DNA of 57,265 bases from positions 1-57,265 of the forward strand of contig CAWCNA010000003.1 of the NCBI GenBank assembly GCA_963796795.1, written 5' to 3'. A model generated the notes under the pieces. That model was not told the origin of the DNA. It saw nothing but the letters and a program-made list of their open reading frames with translations, and ran no database searches. The stretch is from Candidatus Adlerbacteria bacterium (GTDB lineage Bacteria; Patescibacteriota; Minisyncoccia; Phycocordibacterales; SBAW01). A program made the position numbers and the translations under genes. Below are positions 36,729-46,070 of the stretch, piece by piece (the first letter of the stretch is position 1; every line of letters starts with the position of its first letter).

Positions 36729-37790
36729 ATGAACGAGCGGGAAGTGAACGTCCACATCACGTCGGGGACTATAATCAAGACAATACTATTTCTTATTTTA
36801 GTGTCACTGCTGTGGTTTTTGCGCGATATCGTCCTTATTGTGCTTTCCGCAGTAGTCATTGCTTCAGCTATAGAGCCGGGTGTGCACGGGTTGATGCGCC
36901 ACAAGTTTCCTCGCCTCCTCGCCGTTGTCAGTGTGTACGTACTGGTGATAGGAATATTTTTTGGCATACTCTTCTTCTTCATCCCGCCGATTTTGAATGA
37001 TGCGGCCGGCTTTCTTACGCAACTTCCCACGACGCTTTCGAATCTAAACATCACTGATGCTACGCACGGGCTGCTACCGTGGGGCAACGTGGGAGATACA
37101 CTTTCGTCGGCGAATATCCTTCAGAATCTTTCAAATTCGCTCCACGACTCAACAGGCGGCGCCTTCAGTGCACTGTCGGCGTTCTTTGGTGGTGTAACAT
37201 CTTTCGTGCTTATTGTTGTCTTTTCGTTTTACTTTTCCGTGCAGGAAACAGGCGTTGATGATTTTTTGCGCGTTGTAACCCCAATACAGGAACAGGCGTA
37301 CGTGCTTAACCTCTGGCGCCGTTCGCAAAATAAAATAGGGAAGTGGATGCAGGGGCAGCTCGTCCTCGCGCTTATTGTTGGTATTTTGCTGTACCTCGGG
37401 CTTTTGATTCTCGATGTGCAACACGCATTGCTGCTTGCGATTTTGGCCGGCGTGTTCGAATTGATCCCTGTCTTCGGCCAAATTTTGGCAATGATTCCTG
37501 CGGTAGCCATTGGCCTCGTAACCGGCGGCGTCACGGAAGCGTTCTTAATCGCGGGACTCTATATAATTGTGCAGCAATTTGAAGCGCATCTTATCTATCC
37601 GGTTGTTGTCAAAAAAGTCGTTGGCGTGCCACCCCTGTTGGTTATTCTCGCACTGCTTATCGGGTTTAAGCTAGTTGGATTTTTGGGCGTACTTCTCTCG
37701 GTTCCTATTGCTGGTGCTATTCAGGAATATGTTGCCGACATCGATCGCGATAAAAAACGTGCACTCGCCAAGCAACTTGCGAAAGAGTAA
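36729..37790 (+). CDS. AI-2E family transporter (PerM-like permease)
   Basis: Polytopic, with a conserved C-terminal segment (ELIPVFGQILAMIPAVAIG...GFLGVLLSVPIAGAI). Confidence 0.85.
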   Translation: MNEREVNVHITSGTIIKTILFLILVSLLWFLRDIVLIVLSAVVIASAIEPGVHGLMRHKFPRLLAVVSVYVLVIGIFFGILFFFIPPILNDAAGFLTQLPTTLSNLNITDATHGLLPWGNVGDTLSSANILQNLSNSLHDSTGGAFSALSAFFGGVTSFVLIVVFSFYFSVQETGVDDFLRVVTPIQEQAYVLNLWRRSQNKIGKWMQGQLVLALIVGILLYLGLLILDVQHALLLAILAGVFELIPVFGQILAMIPAVAIGLVTGGVTEAFLIAGLYIIVQQFEAHLIYPVVVKKVVGVPPLLVILALLIGFKLVGFLGVLLSVPIAGAIQEYVADIDRDKKRALAKQLAKE

Positions 37791-39227
37791 TGAAGAAAAC
37801 GTTTTACCTCACTACACCAATTTTTTATCCAAATGCGAAACTGCATTTGGGCCACGCGTATATCACAACCTTAAGTGATGTCATAGCCCGTTACCACCGA
37901 CTAATCGGAGACAAAACTTATTTTTTAACTGGTTCGGACGAAAATACTCAAAAAATGGTTGACGCTGCCGTAAAGGAAGGCAAGGAGCCTTTGGAATTTC
38001 TTGATGGCATAGTCACAAGTTTTAAAGGGCTATTCCAAGAACTCAATATTTCGTACGACCAATTTATTCGAACAACGGACCAAAAGGCCCATTGGCCTGG
38101 AGCTCAGGTGCTGTGGCAAAAACTTGTAGATGCTGGAGATATATATAAAAAAGAATACGAAGGTCTCTACTGCGTTGGCCATGAATCGTTTATTACTGAA
38201 AAAGAATTGGTTGATGGAAAATGCCCAGATCATGGCACAGTTCCGGAATTCTTGAAAGAAGAAAATTATTTTTTCCGTCTTTCGAAATATACGTTTGAAA
38301 TTCAGCGCCTCATTTCTTTGCGACGAACTGCATGTCGTGCCAGAAACACGCAAGCACGAAATGTTGTCATTTATAGAAAATGAAGGTCTTGAAGACGTGA
38401 GTTTTTCACGTCCGCGCAAAGCGCATTGGCCTCAAGGGCTTGGAGTTCCTGTACCAGGTGATGACTCGCAGATCATGTATGTCTGGTGTGATGCGCTTGC
38501 GAACTACATCACCGCCCTTGGGTATGGGCGCGATGATAGATTGTATAAAGAATTCTGGCCGGCAGACGTCCACATCCTTGGTAAGGACATTCTGCGCTTT
38601 CATGCCGCCATTTGGCCTGGAATGCTGTTGTCAGCCCAACTGCCCCTGCCGAAGAGTATTCTCGTCCATGGAATGATCTTGTCTGGAGGGAAAAAAATGA
38701 GTAAGACGCTTGGTAATATCATTGACCCCGCAGAACTCTTGCAAGAATATGGCACTGATGCGGTGCGTTATTTTCTAGCGCGGCACATCTCTCCCTTTGA
38801 AGACGGCGATATCACGCGCGAAAGTTTTAAGGAAATTTACAATGCCAATTTAGCAAACGGCCTAGGTAACCTCACTGCGCGCATTATGCAGCTTGCAGAA
38901 ACAAATTTGCCTGAGCCGGTGAAAGTAGAATTCACTGGCTACCCAAAAGAATTTACCGACCTGCTTGATGCCTTCAAAATAAACCAAGCGTTCGACTATA
39001 TCTTTATGCGCATCCAGGCGCTTGACCAAGCTATTACCCAGACTGCGCCATTTAAGGTAGTTAAAACTGACCCTGAAAAGGGAAAGGAACTGATTACCGA
39101 TTTAGTTAAAGAGCTCGCTGCAATTGATTTATTACTCGAACCCTTTATGCCGGAAACTTCCAAAAAAATAATCGAGGCCATAATGGCAAACAAAAAACCG
39201 GAAAATCTATTTGTTCGCAAAGACTAA
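37790..39227 (+). pseudogene. metG: methionine--tRNA ligase, one frame disruption as sequenced
   Basis: TTPIFYPNAKLHLGHAY (HIGH) in ORF 37790-38383. The +1 frame continues DELHVVPETRKHEMLSFI...KMSKTLGN (KMSKS). The shift is near 38312-38322 (T-run in catttctttg). Confidence 0.9.
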
Positions 39228-39230
39228 GAC

Positions 39231-39695
39231 ATGGCCCACCTCCACGAAAAAATAGATTTCACTGCAAGTGTATATCTTGTTCAAGACAATAACGTATTGC
39301 TCCACAAACATAAAAAGTTGGGCATCTGGCTGCAACCGGGTGGACATATAGAGTTGGATGAAGATCCAACCCAAGCAGCCCTTCGCGAAGCAAAAGAAGA
39401 AACAGGGTTCGATGTCGAATTAGTGGGTATACAGAGTCCAGAAACACAGCAGTTTAATCGTTCACGCACATTGCTTTTGCCGATGTTTCTTAACAGGCAT
39501 AATTTTGACGCAACGCATGAGCATATAGATTTTTCGTATTTTGGCCGTATTGTTGGGGGCACCTTAGTGCCGGAAGATGGTGTGGAGATGCGCTGGTTCA
39601 CCCGCGATGAAATTGAAAAGAACGAAATACATCTTCTTGAAGACACCCGAAGTTATGCTTTGGCAGCGCTCGATTATTTTGCAAAGGCTCAATGA
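39231..39695 (+). CDS. Nudix hydrolase
   Basis: Nudix box GGHIELDEDPTQAALREAKEETGFD. Confidence 0.85.
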   Translation: MAHLHEKIDFTASVYLVQDNNVLLHKHKKLGIWLQPGGHIELDEDPTQAALREAKEETGFDVELVGIQSPETQQFNRSRTLLLPMFLNRHNFDATHEHIDFSYFGRIVGGTLVPEDGVEMRWFTRDEIEKNEIHLLEDTRSYALAALDYFAKAQ

Positions 39696-40528
39696 AATAT
39701 TTTGATGCACATACGCATATACAGTTTGCTGCATATGATGCAGATAGAGATGAAGTGCTGGCACGTAGCAAAGAGGCAGGTGTTGGGATGAACTTGGTCG
39801 GTACACAACTCGATACGTCGCGCGCGGCAGTTGAACTTGCCGAAAAACACGAGGAAGTGTATGCGAGCGTGGCGCTGCATCCGGTACATACGTCCAAGTC
39901 GTATCACGATACACAAGAGTTAGGAGGTGAAGGTAAGGCGTTCACATCAAGGGGAGAGAAGTTTGATTTTGCTGCGTACGAACAACTTGCACTTTCAAAG
40001 AAAGTAATTGCAATAGGGGAATGCGGCTTGGATTACTATCGGCTCGAAGAAGATACCAAACAAGTTTAGAAAGATGTATTTATTCAACACATAGAGCTGG
40101 CAAATAAATTAAATAAACCCCTGATGTTGCATATCAGAAATGCATATGAAGATGCGTTGGAGATTTTAAAGACACACCTGCCTGCCGGCAAGGCAGGCGC
40201 AAAAGTAAAGGGCGACGTTCACTTTTTTGCAGGGAATTGGGATATAGCGAAGCAATTTTTGGACCTAGGTTTCACACTTTCGTTTACCGGTGTTATAACT
40301 TTCACACACGACTATGACGAAGTTGTCCGAAACACTCCTGCTGACATGCTCCTTTCCGAAACCGACGCGCCCTACATTACCCCTGTTCCATTCCGTGGCC
40401 AGCGCAATGAACCCATGCACGTCAAGGAAGTAGTAAGAGCCCTCGCCACCATCAAAAACCTCTCCGAAGAAGCCATGGCTGACCAAATACTCCTTAATTC
40501 TAGGCGTTTTATAGGCATTGACAAATAG
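39692..40528 (+). pseudogene. tatD: TatD-family metal-dependent DNase/hydrolase interrupted by an in-frame TAG
   Basis: FDAHTHIQ...GECGLDYYR...KQV-TAG(40067-40069)-KDVFIQHIELANKLNKPLMLHIRNA...DVHFF...ETDAPY. Both halves are in the same frame. Confidence 0.85.
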
Positions 40529-40548
40529 CACTATATAGTGCTATAATA

Positions 40549-40902
40549 ATGAAGGCTATGTTAGCAGGAGTTTTTATGGGAGCCATTTCGGCCCGACTCA
40601 TTGCTGGGAGACATCACATGCGTCGTTTTGCCATGATCGCTAGCCTTGTTGGGGCTGTTGCTCTGCTGGGTGTCGCCGCCTATACCGAAGTCCAAGCGTC
40701 ACCCGGCCGCTGCCAGCTGCTTCCCAGCGGCATGAACCTGGATCAATACGGCCAGAAACTCGCCAGCGAAAATCCCGGCAAGCACGTCTGGCTCCAGAAG
40801 GTTCAAGCAACCAAGTTCGGTTGGGAACGACACACGGGTTCGGTCCCGTGCGGCGACAACCAGTACGCCGCGGTCTTCTTCAAGGAGAGCGTCGCGCAGT
40901 AA
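40549..40902 (+). CDS. small secreted/membrane protein, G+C-rich codon usage
   Basis: A signal-like segment MRRFAMIASLVGAVALLGVAAYTEVQA suggests an alternative start at 40618. Function unknown. Confidence 0.5.
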   Translation: MKAMLAGVFMGAISARLIAGRHHMRRFAMIASLVGAVALLGVAAYTEVQASPGRCQLLPSGMNLDQYGQKLASENPGKHVWLQKVQATKFGWERHTGSVPCGDNQYAAVFFKESVAQ

Positions 40903-40926
40903 CAATCGGCCCCGGCCGATGAAGGG

Positions 40927-40966
40927 TAGCCCCAGGCACCCGACATCGTCTGGGGCTATCTTTTTT
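40927..40966 (+). terminator. rho-independent terminator candidate
   Basis: 9-bp stem tagccccag/ctggggcta followed by tctttttt. Confidence 0.55.
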
Positions 40967-41008
40967 GCCCAATTTGCCAATTTTTATATATCTGGTAGTC
41001 TCACGTGT

Positions 41009-41524
41009 ATGGCAGAAACATCGCAGACCGCCGAGGTCTCATCCCAAGCGAAAGTCTCCGGAGGCCGCCCCGTATACGAGGTGGGTTTTCATGTCGCCCC
41101 GACAGTGGGCGACGAAGGCGTCGCTGCGGTTGTAGATTCTATCAAAACAGCGCTTGGCGACGCTGAAATTATTAGTGAGCAGTTCCCACAGAAAATGAAG
41201 CTCGCCTACACCATTGTCCGTTCGGAAACGGGCAAACGTGAAAAGTCGGACGATGCGTATTTTGGTTTTATCAAGTTTGCCCTCGACCGCGAGGCGGTTA
41301 ATGCATTTCAAGATGCACTCCGCGCAGACAGGAAGGTTCTTCGCTTCTTGCTTATCGAAACGGTGCGCGAAGATATCGCGGCAGCACCTCGCCGCGCAGT
41401 GTTCTCATCCGACCGTTTGGAAGGTGCGACTATAAGCAAGCCGGTGGAGGACGTAGTAGAAAAGTCCGCCGAAGTCTCACAGGAAGAGCTCGATAAATCT
41501 ATCGACGCACTTGTCGCCGAGTAG
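41009..41524 (+). CDS. rpsF: 30S ribosomal protein S6 with N- and C-terminal extensions
   Basis: YEVGFHVAP...KLAYTI...AYFGFIKFALDREAVNAFQDALRADRKVLRFLLIE. It leads the rpsF-ssb-rpsR order. Confidence 0.88.
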   Translation: MAETSQTAEVSSQAKVSGGRPVYEVGFHVAPTVGDEGVAAVVDSIKTALGDAEIISEQFPQKMKLAYTIVRSETGKREKSDDAYFGFIKFALDREAVNAFQDALRADRKVLRFLLIETVREDIAAAPRRAVFSSDRLEGATISKPVEDVVEKSAEVSQEELDKSIDALVAE

Positions 41525-41563
41525 GAGGGCATGCCTGCGCAGGCAGGGTTATAATTGATCCAT

Positions 41564-42013
41564 ATGAATAAAGTCATTCTCTACGGAAATCTAACCCGCG
41601 ACCCAGAGCTGAAAACGCTCCCAGGCGGCGGCCAAGTTGCAACGTTTAGCGTCGCTACCAACCGTCGCGTTAAAAAGGATGAGCAGTGGGTTGATGTGGC
41701 AGAGTTCCACAACGTTGTGGTCTTTGGCCGCCAAGCGGAAACGAGCGCTCAGTACTTGAAAAAAGGCAGCTCCGCACTCATTGAAGGCCGCATGCAGACC
41801 CGCAGCTGGGAGACTCCTGAAAAGGGGAAACAGTATCGGACTGAAGTTGTTGCCGAGCGCGTACAGTTTGGCTCCCGCGCATCAGGCGGCGGAAGTGGTA
41901 CGGGCGGCGGAGTAAGTAGCGCTCCATCAAATATGGATGAGCAGAAGGCCCCGAAAGATGATGCAATAGATTACCCACAAGAAGATATAAATCCAGACGA
42001 CATTCCCTTCTAA
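41564..42013 (+). CDS. ssb: single-stranded DNA-binding protein
   Basis: MNKVILYGNLTRDPELK...FHNVVVFGRQAE...GRMQTRSWE and the acidic tail DDIPF. Confidence 0.92.
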   Translation: MNKVILYGNLTRDPELKTLPGGGQVATFSVATNRRVKKDEQWVDVAEFHNVVVFGRQAETSAQYLKKGSSALIEGRMQTRSWETPEKGKQYRTEVVAERVQFGSRASGGGSGTGGGVSSAPSNMDEQKAPKDDAIDYPQEDINPDDIPF

Positions 42014-42059
42014 TTCAAAACAGGAACACTAAAAAAGAAATCAAATAAATTACAAATAT

Positions 42060-42263
42060 ATGGCAACTCAAACTGATAATTACGTCGCACACTTCCAACG
42101 CATCGACTACAAAGATGTGGAAGTATTGCGCAAATTCTTGAACCCGCACGGCAAGATTATGCCGCGCCGCCGCACCGGCCTTTCGGCAGCAAACCAGCGC
42201 GCCTTGGCCGAAGCAGTAAAGCGCGCGCGCTTTATGGCACTCCTTCCGTTTATCGTTCGTTAA
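42060..42263 (+). CDS. rpsR: 30S ribosomal protein S18
   Basis: [50 protein letters not shown]. Confidence 0.93.
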   Translation: MATQTDNYVAHFQRIDYKDVEVLRKFLNPHGKIMPRRRTGLSAANQRALAEAVKRARFMALLPFIVR

Positions 42264-42281
42264 ATTTTCCACAAACAAAAC

Positions 42282-42310
42282 AAAAAAGCCCCCGAATTGG
42301 GGGCTTTTTT
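42282..42310. terminator. bidirectional rho-independent terminator between rpsR and efp
   Basis: aaaaaa-GCCCCC-gaatt-GGGGGC-tttttt. Confidence 0.8.
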
Positions 42311-42316
42311 GTTTTG

Positions 42317-42892
42317 TTACTTCTTATCGACGCGCTCGACGTAGTCGCCGGTTTCGGTGTTTACGAGAACTCGGTCGCCTTCGTTGATGAAGAGGGGGGC
42401 GTTTACCGTAGCGCCGGTTTCGAGTGTGATGATTTTATTGCCGCCTTGCGAGGTGTTACCGCGCACCGCAGGAGGTGCGTCTTTAACCACAAGCTCGACT
42501 TTAATAGGAATACGAACCGAAATTATTTTTTCATCAAAGACTACTGCTTCAATAATAGAATTCAGTTTCATAAACTGTGCACCTGCGCCCACGGTGTCGG
42601 CACTCAAGGCAAAACGATCTGCAGGATTGTTTTCTGCACAGAACCAGTATTCGCCCTTTGCGCTGTAGAGATACTTTACGCTTTTGAGCGAAAGATCCGC
42701 TTCTTCGGCCTTTTCTAAAACATGGAATGCATGCTCGGTAACTTTGCCGGTAATAAGGTGGCGAAGCTTGGTTTGATTCACAGGCTTTCGCTGTTGTTTG
42801 CGGAAGACGTGCGCGTCCAATACTTCGTACGGCGCGCCGTCGAGCAAAATTACCTTCTTGTTTAAAATTTCGTTATATTCAAGCATTGCCAT
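42317..42892 (-). CDS. efp: elongation factor P
   Basis: VILLDGAPYEVLDAHVFRKQQRKPVNQTKLRHLITGKV and the three-domain length (191 aa). Confidence 0.93.
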   Translation of the reverse strand: MAMLEYNEILNKKVILLDGAPYEVLDAHVFRKQQRKPVNQTKLRHLITGKVTEHAFHVLEKAEEADLSLKSVKYLYSAKGEYWFCAENNPADRFALSADTVGAGAQFMKLNSIIEAVVFDEKIISVRIPIKVELVVKDAPPAVRGNTSQGGNKIITLETGATVNAPLFINEGDRVLVNTETGDYVERVDKK

Positions 42893-42993
42893 AAGTACGC
42901 ATTGTAGCCAAAAAAAGCCTATTGTCCAACACGAAACTTTTTAAAGGTACGAGGGTTATAGAAAATGCACCGTCTATGATATACAGTGTAGTC

Positions 42994-43587
42994 ATGAAAG
43001 GTGAGTATCTAACTCTCGAAGAAGCGGAAAAAGAGTATTCCGACGAGGAACTCTTGGCCGCTTCTATTTCGCATCCCTCGCTCTATGCTCTTTTGGTACG
43101 CAAATACGAGGAGCCGTTTATGCGAAAGGCGATGAACATCATCCACTCCAAAGAGGAGGCCGAAGATATCGTGCAAGAAGCGTTCACAAAGATTTACATG
43201 AACGCGGCAAAGTTCAAAAAACAAGACGGTGCGCAGTTTTCATCGTGGGGGTATCGTATCCTCATCAACACCGCGCTGACGCATTACCAAAAGCAAAAGC
43301 GCAAAGGCGAAAGGCAAACAGAGTTGGATGAAGAGGTTTGGGCCCTTATCCCCGACAGAAATCTGCGGCAGTTCGAAAAGAAAGAATTCGTGGATGAAGT
43401 TGCGTCGGTGTTGTCGAGGATGCCAACGCCATTTGCAAAAGCATTATCGAGTTTCTTTTTAGAAGGGAAGTCGCAGGAAGAGATGGCGAATGAAGAGGGG
43501 GTCAGCGTGGGTGCAATAAAAACCCGAGTACACCGCGCAAAAAAAGAGTTTCAAAAAATCCATGAAACTATTAGCACTAAAGTCTAG
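42994..43587 (+). CDS. ECF-type RNA polymerase sigma factor
   Basis: Region 2 (AEDIVQEAFTKIY...FSSWGYRILINT) and region 4 (EGKSQEEMANEEGVSVGAIKTRVHRAKKEF). The start is uncertain (42976 or 42994). Confidence 0.8.
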   Translation: MKGEYLTLEEAEKEYSDEELLAASISHPSLYALLVRKYEEPFMRKAMNIIHSKEEAEDIVQEAFTKIYMNAAKFKKQDGAQFSSWGYRILINTALTHYQKQKRKGERQTELDEEVWALIPDRNLRQFEKKEFVDEVASVLSRMPTPFAKALSSFFLEGKSQEEMANEEGVSVGAIKTRVHRAKKEFQKIHETISTKV

Positions 43588-43598
43588 TTTTAATTTAT

Positions 43599-43922
43599 AT
43601 GGAAAGCAAAATCGAACAGCAGGTAATGGCAAGTGTCGCGGTGGTGTATGCCGTACGCAAACTCACGAGCCGTTTTGCACTTGAATGCTACGCACTGGCC
43701 CTTTCCTTTGCGGGAGCCGCCTTCTTTGTTTCGCTTCCACACGTTGCAGCAAATTTGATAAACGTCGCAAGCGGCGGAGCACCACGTATTGGAACGTTCC
43801 TTATTTCCGCAATTTTGGGCACTAAACTTATCGTCCAGCTCGCGGTCTTAATTGGCATCTGCGCCATTGTGGCCATTGGTGTTGATATGGCTCGAAAACC
43901 GGCCCTATTGACTTCTCTGTAG
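43599..43922 (+). CDS. small three-TM membrane protein, possible anti-sigma partner
   Basis: 107 aa, hydrophobic, starting 11 nt after the sigma gene. The function is assigned by position only. Confidence 0.45.
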   Translation: MESKIEQQVMASVAVVYAVRKLTSRFALECYALALSFAGAAFFVSLPHVAANLINVASGGAPRIGTFLISAILGTKLIVQLAVLIGICAIVAIGVDMARKPALLTSL

Positions 43923-43993
43923 GATAATGTATCTTGCTTTGGTCTCCGTACGCGGAGGCAAATGTCCATAACGTCAAGAAATACGAGGTAGTC

Positions 43994-44456
43994 ATGAAGA
44001 AGCTTTTTAGTGAGCGCGCCGCCGTTCTCAATGGCAGCTATTCCGGCAAGGACAAGCTGCCGATCAACATGAGCTGGGTCGACGGCGTCTGCACTGCGAT
44101 CGCAAACGGGATGACGTTGCCCAACCACAACAAGGCGGCGCGGCATGACCTTCAAGGTCGGCCTCACCACCTTGTCGGTCGCTGTGATCCCGATCACTCC
44201 CTCCATCAAGGGCCTCGCCGATCAGTTGAAGCTGCGCGCCAAGTTCCGCGAAGGCCTCGTCCACTCGATGGGCGGTGACGAGAAGAAGGCGAAGCAGCAG
44301 GGCCTCGAAGAACATCCGATCCTGATCGCTCTCGACAAGGCGTTCGGCGCCAACGAGGACGGTGAGCTCGGCAAGGTCCCGGCGGAGTTCGGCGACCAGG
44401 TGATCGCGCTCGCCAAGAAGACCGTCGCCGAAGGCATCGCCTCGACGCACAAGTAG
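43994..44456 (+). pseudogene. G+C-rich hypothetical gene, apparently split between two frames (43994-44278 and 44145-44456)
   Basis: The N-terminal frame gives MKKLFSERAAVLNGSYSGKDKLPINMSWVDGVCTAIANG, then degenerates into Arg/Pro-rich text. The +1 frame from 44145 gives a protein-like sequence with nearly all codons ending in G or C. It could also be two genes. Confidence 0.4.
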
Positions 44457-44475
44457 AACGCCGGCAACGGCACAA

Positions 44476-44511
44476 GCGCCAGGATCCCAAAAGGGTTCTG
44501 GCGTTCTTTTT
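44476..44511. terminator. terminator hairpin between the G+C-rich ORF and recA (convergent)
   Basis: gcgccaggatccc-aaaa-gggttctggcg followed by ttcttttt. Confidence 0.65.
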
Positions 44512-44520
44512 ATTTAAATT

Positions 44521-45611
44521 TTATTCGTCAGAGTCTCCACCACCGGCAGGGGATTTGCCCGGTGCGTTTGTTTCAAGTGCGGTACGGATTTGTTTCAGGA
44601 GGGTATTTGCTATCGGTTTGTTTTCACGCAAGAAAGTGCGCGATGCATCATAGCCGCGGCCGAGCTTTTCTTCGCCAAACGAGTACGAGCTGCCGCTTTT
44701 TGAAACAACGCCGAGGCTTTCGCCAAGGGCCAATAATTCGCCTTCGCGTGAGATGCCTTCGTTATACAAGAGGTCAAACTCAGTTTTGCGGAATGGTGCC
44801 GCAATTTTATTTTTTACTACTTTTACGCGGTGCCGGCCACCTACAACCTCTTCGCCTTTTTTAATCTGTGCGATGCGGCGAATATCGAGGCGTACCGATG
44901 TATAAAACTTGAGCGCCTTGCCGCCGGTGTTGTTTCGGGGTTGCCAAACATCATGCCTATTTGCATGCGGATCTGGTTGATAAAGATAACAATCGTTTTT
45001 GATTTTGCAGTAATGGCCGTGAGCTTGCGCAACGCCTGTGACATCAAGCGCGCCTGTTTGCCGACATGGTATGCGCCCATGTCGCCCTCGATTTCGTCTT
45101 TTGGTGTAAGCGCTGCAACAGAGTCGATGACGATAATATCGATTTTGCCCGAGCGCACGAGCGACTCAACAATCTCAAGCGCCTGCTCGCCTGTGTCGGG
45201 TTGGAAACAAGCAACTCATCGAGCTTAACGCCAATCTTTTTTGCATACTCAGGGTCGAGCGCATGTTCGGCATCTATAAATGCGCAGATGCCGCCTTTTT
45301 TTTGTGCTTCGGCAATTGCATGCAAACAGAGCGTTGTTTTGCCGGAAGATTCGGGGCCAAAGATTTCCAAAATGCGGCCGCGCGGATACCCGCCAATGCC
45401 GAGCGCCCAGTCGAGGCCGATGGAACCCGAGGGGATAGCATCGACATCAACTTTCGCCGTCTCGCCCAGCTTCATTATTGCTTCGTCGCCGAATTTGGTT
45501 TTAATGTCGCGGATTGCCGCATCGATTGCCGACTGTATCTCGTACCTTGCCTTTCCGCCGGTAGGCTGGATCCGCCTTTGGCGGATTTTTCTTTTATTTC
45601 TTTCATATTAA
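44521..45611 (-). pseudogene. recA: recombinase RecA, three frame disruptions as sequenced
   Basis: All RecA segments are present in order: the N-terminal helix ([21 protein letters not shown]) has no in-frame start, then Walker [14 protein letters not shown]|[52 protein letters not shown]|GGKALKFY..., and the C-terminus [12 protein letters not shown]. Each junction needs a 1-nt deletion repaired (about 45530-45611, about 45205, about 44925). Confidence 0.9.
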
Positions 45612-45857
45612 CCTTATGATTGGTCATTAGCCATAACTAAAGTTATCGAGATAAGGATAATGTACTAACTAACATCGAGACATTTTTGCCAAATTCAGGT
45701 GCATCTGAATGGGCATAGTGAGCACATTTATAACCGACTTGGATGTGCGGCGGCCGAACCTGTCGACCCCTGCAACCGTAAAGACAGTAAACCCCGAGGG
45801 TGGTGACAAAATGAGAGCTAAAATTGCCCCGACTCGTCGGTGTAGGCGGGAGCGTCG

Positions 45858-46070
45858 TTAATCGTCAGGAAGGAAATGTTTTGCTGCCAGCCCCGAAATA
45901 AGCACCGCGGCAGAGGAGGTCGCGCTGCCGTTTATGGAGTCTCTAATCGTAATTTGAGGTCCTTCTATGAGCTTCCGCCCCTCAAAAAGGCCGTATCCCA
46001 GCAAAACAAGGACGCACGCAGCTATTGTTAGGAAGAGTGTGGTACGGCGGGCAGAGTATCCGTAGCTCAT
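45858..46070 (-). CDS. small membrane protein (70 aa)
   Basis: The start overlaps the ftsK stop (ATGA). One TM segment (TLFLTIAACVLVLLGYGLF). Confidence 0.45.
   Translation of the reverse strand: MSYGYSARRTTLFLTIAACVLVLLGYGLFEGRKLIEGPQITIRDSINGSATSSAAVLISGLAAKHFLPDD

Noticed and set aside
40067-40069. The idea that TAG is reassigned to a sense codon in this organism.
   Set aside because: TAG clearly terminates several well-delimited genes in this window: the IS256 transposase at 5058-5060, the small secreted protein at 5738-5740, the membrane protein at 25800-25802, and the sigma factor at 43585-43587. No tRNA with a CTA anticodon is present in the window.
44064-44490. Three long minus-strand ORFs (128, 94 and 83 aa) in the G+C-rich segment.
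   Set aside because: These are typical antisense artefacts of G/C-ending codon usage. Their translations are Arg/Pro/Ala-rich, and they overlap each other in different frames.
45612-45857. The 246-bp gap upstream of recA as a possible ncRNA (SRP or 6S RNA).
   Set aside because: The SRP domain IV consensus (GGAAGCAGCC type) is absent on both strands, and no convincing extended helix was seen. It is more simply the recA promoter and leader region.
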